Assembly: GCF_016903815.1 (NCBI RefSeq)
Contig: NZ_CP069973.1
Reading direction: 5' to 3' (one strand)
From: Escherichia coli
Lineage (GTDB): Bacteria; Pseudomonadota; Gammaproteobacteria; Enterobacterales; Enterobacteriaceae
DNA length: 64,000 nt
Position numbers and translations under genes: made by a program. Below, one piece after another: positions 50,812-62,432 of this stretch. Numbering within the stretch: position 1 is the stretch's first letter; each line of letters begins with the position of its first letter. Below the pieces are notes generated by a model, which saw only the letters and a program-made list of their open reading frames with translations, had not been told where the DNA came from and ran no database searches.

Positions 50812-53094
50812 TCAGAAATGCATATTGGCCGTGAGCAGGAAGGTTCTTGGCTCGCCCGGGTGATAACGGTAGCCGCTCTTGTTGATTGAGGCGACGTAAT
50901 CGGTATCAAACAGGTTGTAGACGTTTAGCTGGAAGTCGAGATTGCGATTAACCCGATACCCCAGTTTAGCGTCGGCGACCCAATAACCTTCGGTAAACGC
51001 TGGCGTTCCCACCGCGCCGTCAGAACCTTTATGCATACTGCCGATATAGCGTGCGCCCGCACCAACGGAAATATCATCGGTTGCCTGATACTGGCTCCAT
51101 AAGGTAAAGGCGTGCTCCGGGGTATACGGCAGCGATGAGGAACCATCCTGGGCAACATCTTTGCCGTTTTTGATGGTTGCTTTTTGCTGGGTATAGCCGC
51201 CAATCACCTGCCACGCGGGAGTGATATTCCCGGCCACGGATATCTCATAGCCTTCGACGCGTTTCTTACCGTATTGCGAGTAAGTTCCGTCATCATTTTG
51301 CTCAACTTCATTTTCGATATCAGTACGGAACAGCGCGGCGGTGAGCAACAGGCGTTTATCCAGAACCTGCCATTTGGTGCCAATCTCGCTGGTGTTGGCT
51401 TTTTGCGGTTTAAAATCGGTGCGGTTGGCACTGTTACCGCTGCCAGACTGCGCAAGGGCGAAGTTGTTGCCGCCCGGAGGCTGCTGGGAAACGGCATAGT
51501 TAATATAGACATTGCCGTTTTCCGTCAGGTGATAAAGCGCCCCGGCTTTCCAGTTCACCAGATTGCCCGACTTAGCGGTATCGACGGTGGTGACCGGAGA
51601 ACCTTTTGCCATGCCAGCAGGGCAGGTGATGGCACCGCGTCCGCTGCCGCCGCAGGCGGTGGCACTGTCATATTCAGTATGATAATTATCCAGACGGATC
51701 CCGCCGTTCAGCTCAAAATCACGGGTGATTTGCAGCGTATCGAAGGCGTAAATTGCGAAGGTATCCGTCTGACCATTGGCGTTTGCGCCGTTGCGCGTCA
51801 GGCCGCCGGGATGAATGCTGCTGTCAGGATGATAAATATTTACCGCAGGTAACGTCACCGGATTAACGCCGTAGTTAGTCTGCGTTTCACGGGTAAATTC
51901 CACGCCGGTACTGACATCATGACCGATAGAAGCGGTATAGAACGTCGAGGTCAGGTTGGTCTGGTTGGTGAGAATTTTATTACTCACATCTTTAGCATTC
52001 GCCGTGCGTGACCAGGTCCAGCTATTCACATCGCTGGTGGGCTGGGTAATATTCGACGCCCCACCCATAATCGCCGTCATCAGGTAATCCTGCTTCACGC
52101 GCGACCAACGGGTAGTATTGCGAATGGTGGTGTTATCGTTGATGTCGTGCTCAAAACGCATGGTAGCGGTGTCGGTGGTCGAATCGTCGTAATCGGAATC
52201 CGTGCCGTAAAAGTTATGCGTATCAACTTTTCCGGAATGATTCAGGGCCGCCGTTCCCGCAGATGGGGCAGAATAGCCCGGCAAACCGATGGTCGGAATG
52301 CCGCCGTCTGGCGTGTTGTGCTGGGTGACATGCAGATAATTAAGATACAAACGATTCGCTGTACCAAGGCCAAAAGCGACAGAAGGGGCGATGCCGTAAC
52401 GCTCATTTTTGACTTTGTCGCGTCCGGCATCGTGCGTTTTTTCGCCCATCACATTCAGGCGCGCCGCGGTGGTATCACCAATGACCTGATTGACGTCCAG
52501 TGTGCCGCGGCGGAACCAGGCGCTACCAATACTGGCGGAGGCGTCAATGCCGGAATCATTGCGCGGCTGCTTGCTGATCATATTGATCGAGCCTGTCGGT
52601 GCGCTGCGCCCGTAGTCGGTGCCGGACGGCCCTTTAATCACTTCGACCTGCTCGGTATTGAAGGTGTCGCGCGAGACGCTGCCGATATCGCGAATGCCAT
52701 CAATATAAATACTGTTAGAGGTATCAGCACCGCGCATATAAATGGCGTCGCCAGTGGTGGAGTTACCGTTCTCACCCGCAAAAAACGCACCCACGCCGGG
52801 GACGTTTTTGAGTGCGTCGGTAAGGTTGGTTGCGCCCTGATCTTTAATCACTTGTTCAGAAATCACCGTCATCGTGCGGGTAGTATCCGCTACCGGACGC
52901 GAGAATTTCGGATCTGCAGATTGTTGTGGCGCATAAAGCGAAGGCGTTGATGCTTCGACAACCAGCGTGTCATCCGCGTTAGTTTGCCCTTCGGCGGCGA
53001 GTGCCTGAGCCACAGGCGTGATGCCAATACAAAGACCGGCAAAGAACGTGAGCGAATGAAATTGTCTGGCAGGGAAATTGCGATTGTTTTCCAT
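50812..53094 (-). CDS. fiu: TonB-dependent catecholate siderophore receptor
   Basis: 760 aa ORF with signal peptide, TonB box region and C-terminal aromatic residue (…ANMHF). Confidence 0.97.
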   Translation of the reverse strand: MENNRNFPARQFHSLTFFAGLCIGITPVAQALAAEGQTNADDTLVVEASTPSLYAPQQSADPKFSRPVADTTRTMTVISEQVIKDQGATNLTDALKNVPGVGAFFAGENGNSTTGDAIYMRGADTSNSIYIDGIRDIGSVSRDTFNTEQVEVIKGPSGTDYGRSAPTGSINMISKQPRNDSGIDASASIGSAWFRRGTLDVNQVIGDTTAARLNVMGEKTHDAGRDKVKNERYGIAPSVAFGLGTANRLYLNYLHVTQHNTPDGGIPTIGLPGYSAPSAGTAALNHSGKVDTHNFYGTDSDYDDSTTDTATMRFEHDINDNTTIRNTTRWSRVKQDYLMTAIMGGASNITQPTSDVNSWTWSRTANAKDVSNKILTNQTNLTSTFYTASIGHDVSTGVEFTRETQTNYGVNPVTLPAVNIYHPDSSIHPGGLTRNGANANGQTDTFAIYAFDTLQITRDFELNGGIRLDNYHTEYDSATACGGSGRGAITCPAGMAKGSPVTTVDTAKSGNLVNWKAGALYHLTENGNVYINYAVSQQPPGGNNFALAQSGSGNSANRTDFKPQKANTSEIGTKWQVLDKRLLLTAALFRTDIENEVEQNDDGTYSQYGKKRVEGYEISVAGNITPAWQVIGGYTQQKATIKNGKDVAQDGSSSLPYTPEHAFTLWSQYQATDDISVGAGARYIGSMHKGSDGAVGTPAFTEGYWVADAKLGYRVNRNLDFQLNVYNLFDTDYVASINKSGYRYHPGEPRTFLLTANMHF

Positions 53095-53198
53095 TTTGCA
53101 GGTGACTTTTTCTTATATGTTGAAATTTTCACTGCCACGAGAAAGCCTCTCTGCGGATGCGATGCCACTGTTAATCTCGTGATAGCGCTCGTGCAAGT

Positions 53199-53223
53199 GA
53201 TAATAATTTTGATAAGCATTATC
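53199..53223 (-). promoter_or_regulatory. Fur box upstream of fiu
   Basis: Minus-strand GATAATGCTTATCAAAATTATTATC, resembling GATAATGATAATCATTATC consensus, about 100 bp upstream of fiu start. Confidence 0.55.
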
Positions 53224-53358
53224 ACTTGGCGCGATTTTCTATCACCCATTGTGCGAAAAAGAAATACATTTATTTACATTACGTTCATATTTGATGTTTT
53301 TTGATTACAAAACAGGCGAAAACTGCATCCAGAGGCGAATGCAGTTACGTTGGTGGGG

Positions 53359-53619
53359 TTATTTGTAGATGGTTGCAGTACCGAACATCTGGTCATTTCC
53401 GCCTGCGGAATTAATGACATAACCTTTCGCGCCTTGCTCGCGCGCTTTTTCTGCCAGTTTATCCTCCAGATCGCTTAGGTTTGATGCGCCAGTTGCCGAA
53501 ACGGTACCGGCGGGCCGTAGCTGACCGCTGTCCAGGTTACTCATCGGTTGCGCGGCATAAGCCGTGAGAGAGATTCCGCTCAGGACGGTGGCAATCAGTA
53601 GTGTGAGGCACTTTTTCAT
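53359..53619 (-). CDS. mcbA: DUF1471 (YhcN-family) periplasmic protein
   Basis: ORF track 134 aa; internal ATG (MKKCLTLLIATVLSG, GAGGATG SD) gives 86 aa; C-terminal ...GTATIYK, paralog of ybiJ. Confidence 0.88.
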   Translation of the reverse strand: MKKCLTLLIATVLSGISLTAYAAQPMSNLDSGQLRPAGTVSATGASNLSDLEDKLAEKAREQGAKGYVINSAGGNDQMFGTATIYK

Positions 53620-53894
53620 AATGACATCCTCATAAATACAACGGGTAGTGCCTGATAAGTGTAGGTCGCCTGGGCGATGAAAATGACGCAAAAAATTGAC
53701 AGAGATACGCTTATTTTTTGAACGATATATTTTTACAAAATAAGACAAATCAATGACATGCATGATGCTGATTTTTATGATGAATTGCCATAAACCATAG
53801 CCATGTTAAGGTTTTTAGAAATGATAAACGCAGCCAGATATTTACCCTGTCGCGTTATGCGGGTATCTTACGCCGCTGCTTAAAGGAGAATGCT

Positions 53895-54821
53895 ATGTCC
53901 GCCCAGAAACCGGGGTTGCATCCGCGCAACCGTCATCACAGCCGCTACGATCTCGCCACGCTTTGTCAGGTCAATCCTGAACTCAGGCAATTCCTCACGC
54001 TTACACCCGCCGGGGAGCAAAGCGTAGACTTTGCCAATCCGCTGGCGGTGAAGGCGCTCAATAAGGCGTTGCTGGCCCATTTTTACGCCGTAGCGAACTG
54101 GGATATCCCCGACGGTTTTCTCTGCCCGCCAGTACCGGGCCGGGCGGATTATATTCATCACCTTGCCGATTTACTGGCAGAAGCAAGCGGAACAATTCCA
54201 GCTAATGCCAGCATTCTGGATATCGGCGTTGGTGCGAACTGTATTTACCCGCTGATTGGTGTACATGAATATGGCTGGCGTTTTACTGGTAGTGAAACCA
54301 GCAGCCAGGCGTTAAGCAGTGCGCAGGCGATCATCAGTGCTAATCCGGGGCTTAACCGCGCCATTCGTCTGCGTCGGCAAAAAGAGAGTGGGGCGATTTT
54401 TAACGGCATCATCCATAAAAACGAGCAATACGACGCGACCTTGTGTAACCCGCCATTCCACGATTCCGCCGCTGCGGCACGGGCAGGTAGTGAACGTAAA
54501 CGCCGTAACCTGGGGCTGAACAAAGACGATGCACTGAACTTTGGTGGTCAGCAACAGGAGTTGTGGTGTGAAGGCGGTGAAGTCGCTTTTATCAAAAAGA
54601 TGATTGAAGAGAGCAAAGGCTTCGCGAAGCAGGTGATGTGGTTTACCTCGCTGGTATCTCGTGGCGAAAACTTGCCGCCGTTGTATCGTGCTCTGACGGA
54701 CGTGGGCGCGGTGAAAGTGGTCAAAAAAGAGATGGCCCAGGGGCAAAAGCAGAGCCGCTTTATTGCCTGGACCTTTATGAACGACGAGCAGCGCCGCCGT
54801 TTTGTCAATCGCCAGCGTTAA
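53895..54821 (+). CDS. rlmF: 23S rRNA m6A1618 methyltransferase
   Basis: 308 aa ORF with NPPFH motif. Confidence 0.95.
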
Positions 54822-57043
54822 AGCGTTGGTTCCCCCGGCGGCAGCGGTTCAGCCGGGGCCGCGCCCGGAGCAGGCAGCACCTGATAAGTCTGTACCGGCG
54901 CGCGAACACCCGCCAGGTCGAAATGTTTTTTCACCTGGCTGTCGAGGGCAAAGCGGACCGTCCACTGTTTGAGTGGCAGCGTGGTGAACGAAACACGCAG
55001 TGTAAATGCGGTATTGCTTAAGCCGACAATCCCGGCAAAATTCGGTTCACCAATAATCAGCCCGCGAATTTCTTCGTTTTCCATCAATTCCGCTACCGCA
55101 TCTTTCAGTGCCTGATTGGCTTTATCAGCATCTTCATGGCGATCAACATCGTAATTTGCCACCACCGAACCAATGCCGCGGACGAAGTTAGCAAAGGTGG
55201 TTATCGAAGACCATGGAATGATGTGATACGCCCCGGTATCCTGACGCACGCCCACGGAGCGAATCGACATCCGTTCCACAGTGCCGGTCAACGGCCCGAT
55301 AGTCACCAAATCTCCAGTGTTCATGCCGTTTTCAAACTGAATAAATACCCCGGTGATAATATCTTTCACCAGCGTTTGCGAACCAAAAGAGATAGCCAGC
55401 CCCAATGCACCGGCACCTGCCAGCAATGGCGCGATATTAACGCCGATTTCCGACAACACAATCATGATGGTGATGGTACTGATAATCACCGCCAGCGCGT
55501 TACGGAACAGCGTCAGCAGGGTACGCGTACGGGCGCTGGGTAGTGGGCGGCCATGAATATCCGAAGCCAGCCTGTTTTCGATCAAACTGGCGAGCACCGT
55601 CCAGCCAACCGCCGAGAAGAAAAGAATGAGTGCGATACGGATCAGGATATCTACGGTTTTCTGCCCCGCACCGTTTTGCAGCCAGTTCCAGAAATCGAAC
55701 AATCCCCATGCGCTCAACAGCAACATTACCGCCACGCAGACGGTCAGAATACGCGCCGTTTTCAGCGCCGCCGAAAGCCAGCCATTCAGCCGTTTTTGCA
55801 ACTCCGGATAGTTACGCTGAGTATGTGGCGAGAGGGTGATGGTTTTCGCCAGCCAGCGGGAAAACATACCGGAAACAAATGCTGCGATACCAATAATCGC
55901 CAGGCTGCGCACCGTTGCACCCATCATAAATTTCAGGCTGTTGCCCGGATCGAACAACGAAAAGAAAAACAGCACGATAAAATAGGCGCTTGCCAGCCAG
56001 TGCCACACCAGCGCAAAGGCGCGGATAAACAAGCTGAAAAAGGCCAGCGAATGCTCCGCGAAGTTGAGCAAATGCTGGGTAATCTCTTTTTTATTACGAA
56101 AGATCAGGTACAACGCCCAGACGGTCATGCACAGCATAATGATGACGTTCGCCAGCGCACCTATCTGTACATTCACCTGATTAGAGATAATCGGCACGGC
56201 GACAATCAGGCCATAGCCAATCAGGCTGCTTAACCAGCTCAGGCGACGACTCCAGTAACGGGCGGTCTCGTCATGAATCGTGAACGGGCGCAGTTCCGCC
56301 ACGTTTGGGCAAAAAATCAGGCGTAGTACGGCTTTGAAAAATTCAATCAGGGCAAAGGCGCTGAGAAACAAACTTTGTTGGAAAGCGATGGTGCGACTGC
56401 CCGCATTCAGGTTGTCGCTTAAAACCTGACCGACAAATAATGTCAGTGCCAGTAACAGCAGGTCGATAATAAACGCCCCGATAATCATCGCCGGAAGCTG
56501 CAACCAGTTGCTGCGTTCGCGATTTTTTTGCCGCGCCCACTGGCCCATTTTGCGATACAGCGGCAGTGCGCACAGACGAATCAGCCAGTAAAAACCAAAC
56601 ACTAATACCGCTAACATTGAAAAATGGGTCAACGCATTGCTGAAGGTTTGTGGATTAAACGGCTTATGCGGGGAGCCGGTGATATTGCGATAAAGTTGTC
56701 CGAAGCGGGCGGAAAGGGCTTCACCATAATGGCGGCTGACTTCGGTGACTTTTTGCAGCACGGTTTGCTCTTCAACCAGCGTCGGCGGCACGATCTTCGG
56801 TACGGGTTCCGCAGGGGGCGTCGCGGCGACGGTGCGCAACTGGTCGATCAACTCTTTACGCGAGGTGTCATTATCCAGCACATCCGCCAGTGCGCCATAG
56901 GCCGCTTTTTTTTGTTCGATATCCGGTTCAGGGGCCGGTTCAGTCGTTGAGTCCGTTGTCGTTGTGGTTGTAACGCCGGGTATGGATACCGCGTGGGCAG
57001 GTGCGCCCAGCAGGCAGAAGAGGATGAACAGGATCCACCGCAT
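54818..57043 (-). CDS. ybiO: MscS-family mechanosensitive channel
   Basis: ORF track 750 aa; ATG at 57043 ([25 protein letters not shown]) gives 741 aa. Confidence 0.93.
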
Positions 57044-57159
57044 GACTCCTCCAGTGAGAAAACAGAGCAAAAAGATAAGTATAGATGCTGGGGGAGGAGC
57101 GATTTTAAATGAGAGGAATCTGGTGTGCCTCCCTTTCGGGGGAAAGGGAGGCTGAGAAG

Positions 57160-57882
57160 TTAAGAGACGTGCTGCAAAAATTCCTGCAAGCGCTGGCTCG
57201 GTGGGTTCTTGATCAACACCTGCGGATCGCCATCTTCCGCAATCCGGCCTTTGTCGATAAAGATCAGGCGCGAAGCTACTTTCTCGGCAAAACCGATTTC
57301 GTGTGTCACGATCACCATCGTCATCCCTTCTTCAGCCAGATCCTGCATAACCTTCAGCACTTCATGGCGCAGTTCCGGGTCAAGAGCGGAAGTCGGTTCA
57401 TCAAACAGCATCATTTTCGGCTTCACCGCCAGCGCGCGTGCGATCGCCACACGCTGCTGTTGACCACCAGAAAGTTCGGAAGGGTAGTGATGTGCACGTT
57501 CTGCCAGACCGACTTTCGCCAGCAGCTCACGCGCCAGTTTTTCCGCCTCTTCTTTGTTCGCGCCACGCACGCGTAGCGGACCAAACATGACGTTTTCCAG
57601 CGCCGTCAGATGCGGGAAGAGGTAAAACTGCTGGAACACCATACCTGCTTCCTGGCGAATCAGGCGCTCGTCAACTTTCGGATCGTTAACCTTCAGGCCA
57701 TCAACAATCAGATCGCCGGAAGTGATTTCTTCCAGTTTGTTGATGCAGCGCAGCAGGGTCGATTTACCGGAACCGGACGGCCCGATAATCACCACGACTT
57801 CGCCCTGAGCAATGTTCAAATCGATATTGTGCAGCACCTGGGTTGGACCAAAATGCTTGGAGACGTTTTTAAATTCAATCAC
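57160..57882 (-). CDS. glnQ: glutamine ABC transporter ATPase
   Basis: 240 aa ORF, Walker [10 protein letters not shown], signature LSGGQQQR. Confidence 0.97.
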
Positions 57883-58538
57883 AGGATTTTCATCCTTCTT
57901 TCCAGACGACGCAGAATAAAGCTCAGCACCAGGGTAATAATCAGATAGAACACCGCCACGGCGCTCCAGATCTCAAGGGCGCGGAAGTTACCGGCAATAA
58001 TTTCTTGCCCCTGACGGGTCAGTTCCGCCACGCCGATAACAATAAACAGCGAGGTGTCTTTAATGCTGATGATCCACTGGTTACCCAGCGGCGGCAGCAT
58101 ACGACGCAGTGCCAGCGGTAAAATGACGTAGCGAATGGTTTCCCAACGTGAAAGACCAAGCGCCAGTCCTGCTTCACGAAAACCTTTGTGGATAGACAGC
58201 ACCGCACCACGCGTGATTTCCGCAATGTACGCGCCGGAGTTGATCATGATGGTGACCACCGCCGCAGTAAACGGGTCGATGCGTAAGTCGTTAAACGCCA
58301 TCGGCAGGGCGAAATAGATAAACATCACCTGGACGACGATAGGTGTGCCGCGGATCACTTCAATAAAGACCAGCGCGACGTGGTTGGCTATCCAACCACC
58401 GAAGGTGCGTGCAAAACCTGCCAGCAATCCGATCACCAGACCGCCAGCCAAACCGAGGACCGAGATCCACAGGGTCATTTTGGCACCTTCAATCAGAAGC
58501 GGAATGGCAGGCCAGATGGCACTCCAGTCAAACTGCAT
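57879..58538 (-). CDS. glnP: glutamine ABC transporter permease
   Basis: 219 aa membrane ORF. Confidence 0.97.
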
Positions 58539-58587
58539 ATGTTGTTCCTGTTACCGTGGTGTAAATAATCAAATTCAGGGTAATTAA

Positions 58588-58668
58588 TGGCCCCGGAGCG
58601 GGTTTGCGCCCCTCACCCTAATCCTCTCCCCAGAGGGGAGAGGGAACTGCCAGTGCGCCTTACAGGCG
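58588..58668. repeat. GC-rich palindromic intergenic repeat (BoxC/REP-like)
   Basis: CCCCTCACCCTAATCCTCTCCCCAGAGGGGAGAGGGAACTGCC with dyad CTCTCCCC-AGA-GGGGAGAG between glnP and glnH; family name from memory. Confidence 0.4.
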
Positions 58669-58676
58669 TAGCGTTA

Positions 58677-59438
<762 letters not shown>

Positions 59439-59469
59439 CTATCCACGGGACGATCCCCTGCGTGACATT

Positions 59470-59493
59470 CACATATATGAAAAAATCGTGCCA
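59470..59493 (-). promoter_or_regulatory. sigma-54 promoter glnHp2
   Basis: Minus-strand TGGCACGATTTTTTCATATATGTG (TGGCAC-N5-TTTCA, -24/-12 class). Confidence 0.5.
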
Positions 59494-59565
59494 GTTTTGC
59501 AACTCATTGATTTATCGAGATGCGGTAAAAACGTGATGCACGATTTATAGGGCAATACCCTGAAG

Positions 59566-59597
59566 GTGCACCATTCTGGGGCACCAAACTGGTGCGC
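59566..59597. promoter_or_regulatory. tandem NtrC enhancer sites upstream of glnHp2
   Basis: TGCACCATTCTGGGGCACCAAACTGGTGCGC with GCACCA/TGGTGC half-sites. Confidence 0.5.
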
Positions 59598-59826
59598 TAA
59601 AATTGTGCACTCAACACAGTGATTATTTAGCGTAAAACCTGATGAAAAAACAATCTTTATGTAACAATTGTGTGATGATGTGGATACAAAAAATTTACTT
59701 AATCAGCTGGAGATAGCAGATGAATGCACTAAATAAGTGCGTTGAGGTGGGCTGCAAAACAAAACGGCCTCCTGTCAGGAAGCCGCTTTTATCGGGTACT
59801 AAAGTTCTCCACCATCAGCGATGGAT

Positions 59827-60474
<648 letters not shown>

Positions 60475-60590
60475 TTAGATATATTGATAAGAACAATTCT
60501 TATTTATTTGCTCGCCAGGAATTTTCGGAATAAATATGCTTTTGCATAATTCGATATATAAAGACGGTGTAGAGGAAAAGTAGCGAGAAA

Positions 60591-60620
60591 TTCTGCATGG
60601 TTATGCATAACCATGCAGAA
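60591..60620. terminator. 30-bp perfect palindrome, probable rhtA terminator
   Basis: TTCTGCATGGTTATGCATAACCATGCAGAA, 9 bp downstream of rhtA stop. Confidence 0.45.
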
Positions 60621-60628
60621 ATGTAAAT

Positions 60629-61516
60629 TTAATTAATGTCTAATTCTTTTATTTTGCTCTCTTTGCGTACTGTCAGCGTAGACCCCATTGAAGCGGCGAT
60701 GATAGCGCCGAGCGCCAGCAGCTGTATGGGTGTCAGTGTTTCTCCGAGGAAAATCATCCCGGAAACGGCAGCCAGCGCCGGTTCCATGCTCATCAGCGTA
60801 CCAAATGTCCGTGTTGGCAAACGGGTGAGGGCAATCATTTCCAGCGAATAAGGCAGAGCGGTCGAGAGAATAGCGACCGCCAGACCCAATGGAATAACCG
60901 ACCAGTGCCAGAGTGCTTCACCAGCCTGAAGCGCTCCAATTGGCACGAAAATTAACGCTGCAATCAACGAACCAATTGCCACCGTCGCAGGGCCATGTTC
61001 TGCTCCTGCGCGTTGCCCACTTAAAATGTAAATAGCCCAACAAGCCCCGGCCCCCAGAGCCAGCGCACAGCCGGTTAAATCGACATGGGAAACGTCTTGC
61101 CCCAGCGGTAGCAGGAACCACAGACCAAGAACCGCCAGAACAACCCAGACGAAATCTACCGGGCGACGAGAAGAGAACAGCGCCACCGCCAGTGGTCCGG
61201 TGAACTCCAGCGCCACCGCAATACCCAGCGGTACCGTCTGAATAGAAAGATAAAAAAGATAATTCATCCCCCCCAGCGAAACGCCGTAAAACAACAGCGG
61301 TAACCGTTGCTCTTTGGCAAAGCGCAGTCGCCATGGCTTAAAGAACGCGATGAGGATCAGCGTTCCTAATGCCAGACGCAGCGCAGTGACACCCGGTGCG
61401 CCCACCAGAGGAAAAAGTGACTTAGCTAACGAGGCTCCACCCTGAATAGACGCCATGGCAACGAGCAATATGACTATTGGTAACCAGACCGGCATTTTAC
61501 GTAATGAACCAGGCAT
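60629..61516 (-). CDS. rhtA: DMT-family threonine/homoserine exporter
   Basis: ORF track 299 aa; internal ATG (MPGSLRKMPVWL) gives 295 aa, 10 TM. Confidence 0.93.
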   Translation of the reverse strand: MPGSLRKMPVWLPIVILLVAMASIQGGASLAKSLFPLVGAPGVTALRLALGTLILIAFFKPWRLRFAKEQRLPLLFYGVSLGGMNYLFYLSIQTVPLGIAVALEFTGPLAVALFSSRRPVDFVWVVLAVLGLWFLLPLGQDVSHVDLTGCALALGAGACWAIYILSGQRAGAEHGPATVAIGSLIAALIFVPIGALQAGEALWHWSVIPLGLAVAILSTALPYSLEMIALTRLPTRTFGTLMSMEPALAAVSGMIFLGETLTPIQLLALGAIIAASMGSTLTVRKESKIKELDIN

Positions 61517-61868
61517 CCTTTCTCCCACAAATATCTAGACTTAAGTAAAGCGTGGAGTGTACTGGATATACCCAATGCTGGTTGAGCATTTGTTGAAAAA
61601 ATTTTCCCCCGTTTTGACTAAAATGCGCCAGGATTGATGGAATCATTAGTCTGGTGATTAGGAATAATCTGGATGAATGACAGGGAAAACATGCGTAATA
61701 CTTACGCAGTTCTCTGAAAAAGTGATTTAAATTTAGATGGATAGCGGTGTATGGAAACGTTCTGTTACATGAAATGGCCCGTTAGACATCACAAATCGCG
61801 AAGAGTTTCCCATTAATTTTTGATATATTTAAAACTTAGGACTTATTTGAATCACATTTGAGGTGGTT

Positions 61869-62384
61869 ATGAAAAAAATTGCATGTCTTTCAGCACTGGC
61901 CGCAGTTCTGGCTTTCACCGCAGGTACTTCCGTAGCTGCGACTTCTACCGTAACTGGCGGTTACGCACAGAGCGACGCTCAGGGCCAAATGAACAAAATG
62001 GGCGGTTTCAACCTGAAATACCGCTATGAAGAAGACAACAGCCCGCTGGGTGTGATCGGTTCTTTCACTTACACCGAGAAAAGCCGTACTGCAAGCTCTG
62101 GTGACTACAACAAAAACCAGTACTACGGCATCACTGCTGGTCCGGCTTACCGCATTAACGACTGGGCAAGCATCTACGGTGTAGTGGGTGTGGGTTATGG
62201 TAAATTCCAGACCACTGAATACCCGACCTACAAACACGACACCAGCGACTACGGTTTCTCCTACGGTGCTGGTCTGCAGTTCAACCCGATGGAAAACGTT
62301 GCTCTGGACTTCTCTTACGAGCAGAGCCGTATTCGTAGCGTTGACGTAGGCACCTGGATTGCCGGTGTTGGTTACCGCTTCTAA
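61869..62384 (+). CDS. ompX: outer membrane protein X
   Basis: ORF track starts at an upstream non-ATG codon (GTG at 61863); ATG at 61869 gives 171 aa MKKIACLSALAAVLAFTAGTSVA..., C-terminal YRF. Confidence 0.97.
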   Translation: MKKIACLSALAAVLAFTAGTSVAATSTVTGGYAQSDAQGQMNKMGGFNLKYRYEEDNSPLGVIGSFTYTEKSRTASSGDYNKNQYYGITAGPAYRINDWASIYGVVGVGYGKFQTTEYPTYKHDTSDYGFSYGAGLQFNPMENVALDFSYEQSRIRSVDVGTWIAGVGYRF

Positions 62385-62399
62385 TCACTTCGTTGATAT

Positions 62400-62432
62400 A
62401 AAAAATCCGCCTCTCGGGGCGGATTTTTGTTT
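62400..62432. terminator. bidirectional terminator between ompX and opgE
   Basis: A5-ATCCGCC-TCTCGG-GGCGGAT-T5GTTTTT hairpin flanked by A- and T-runs. Confidence 0.6.
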
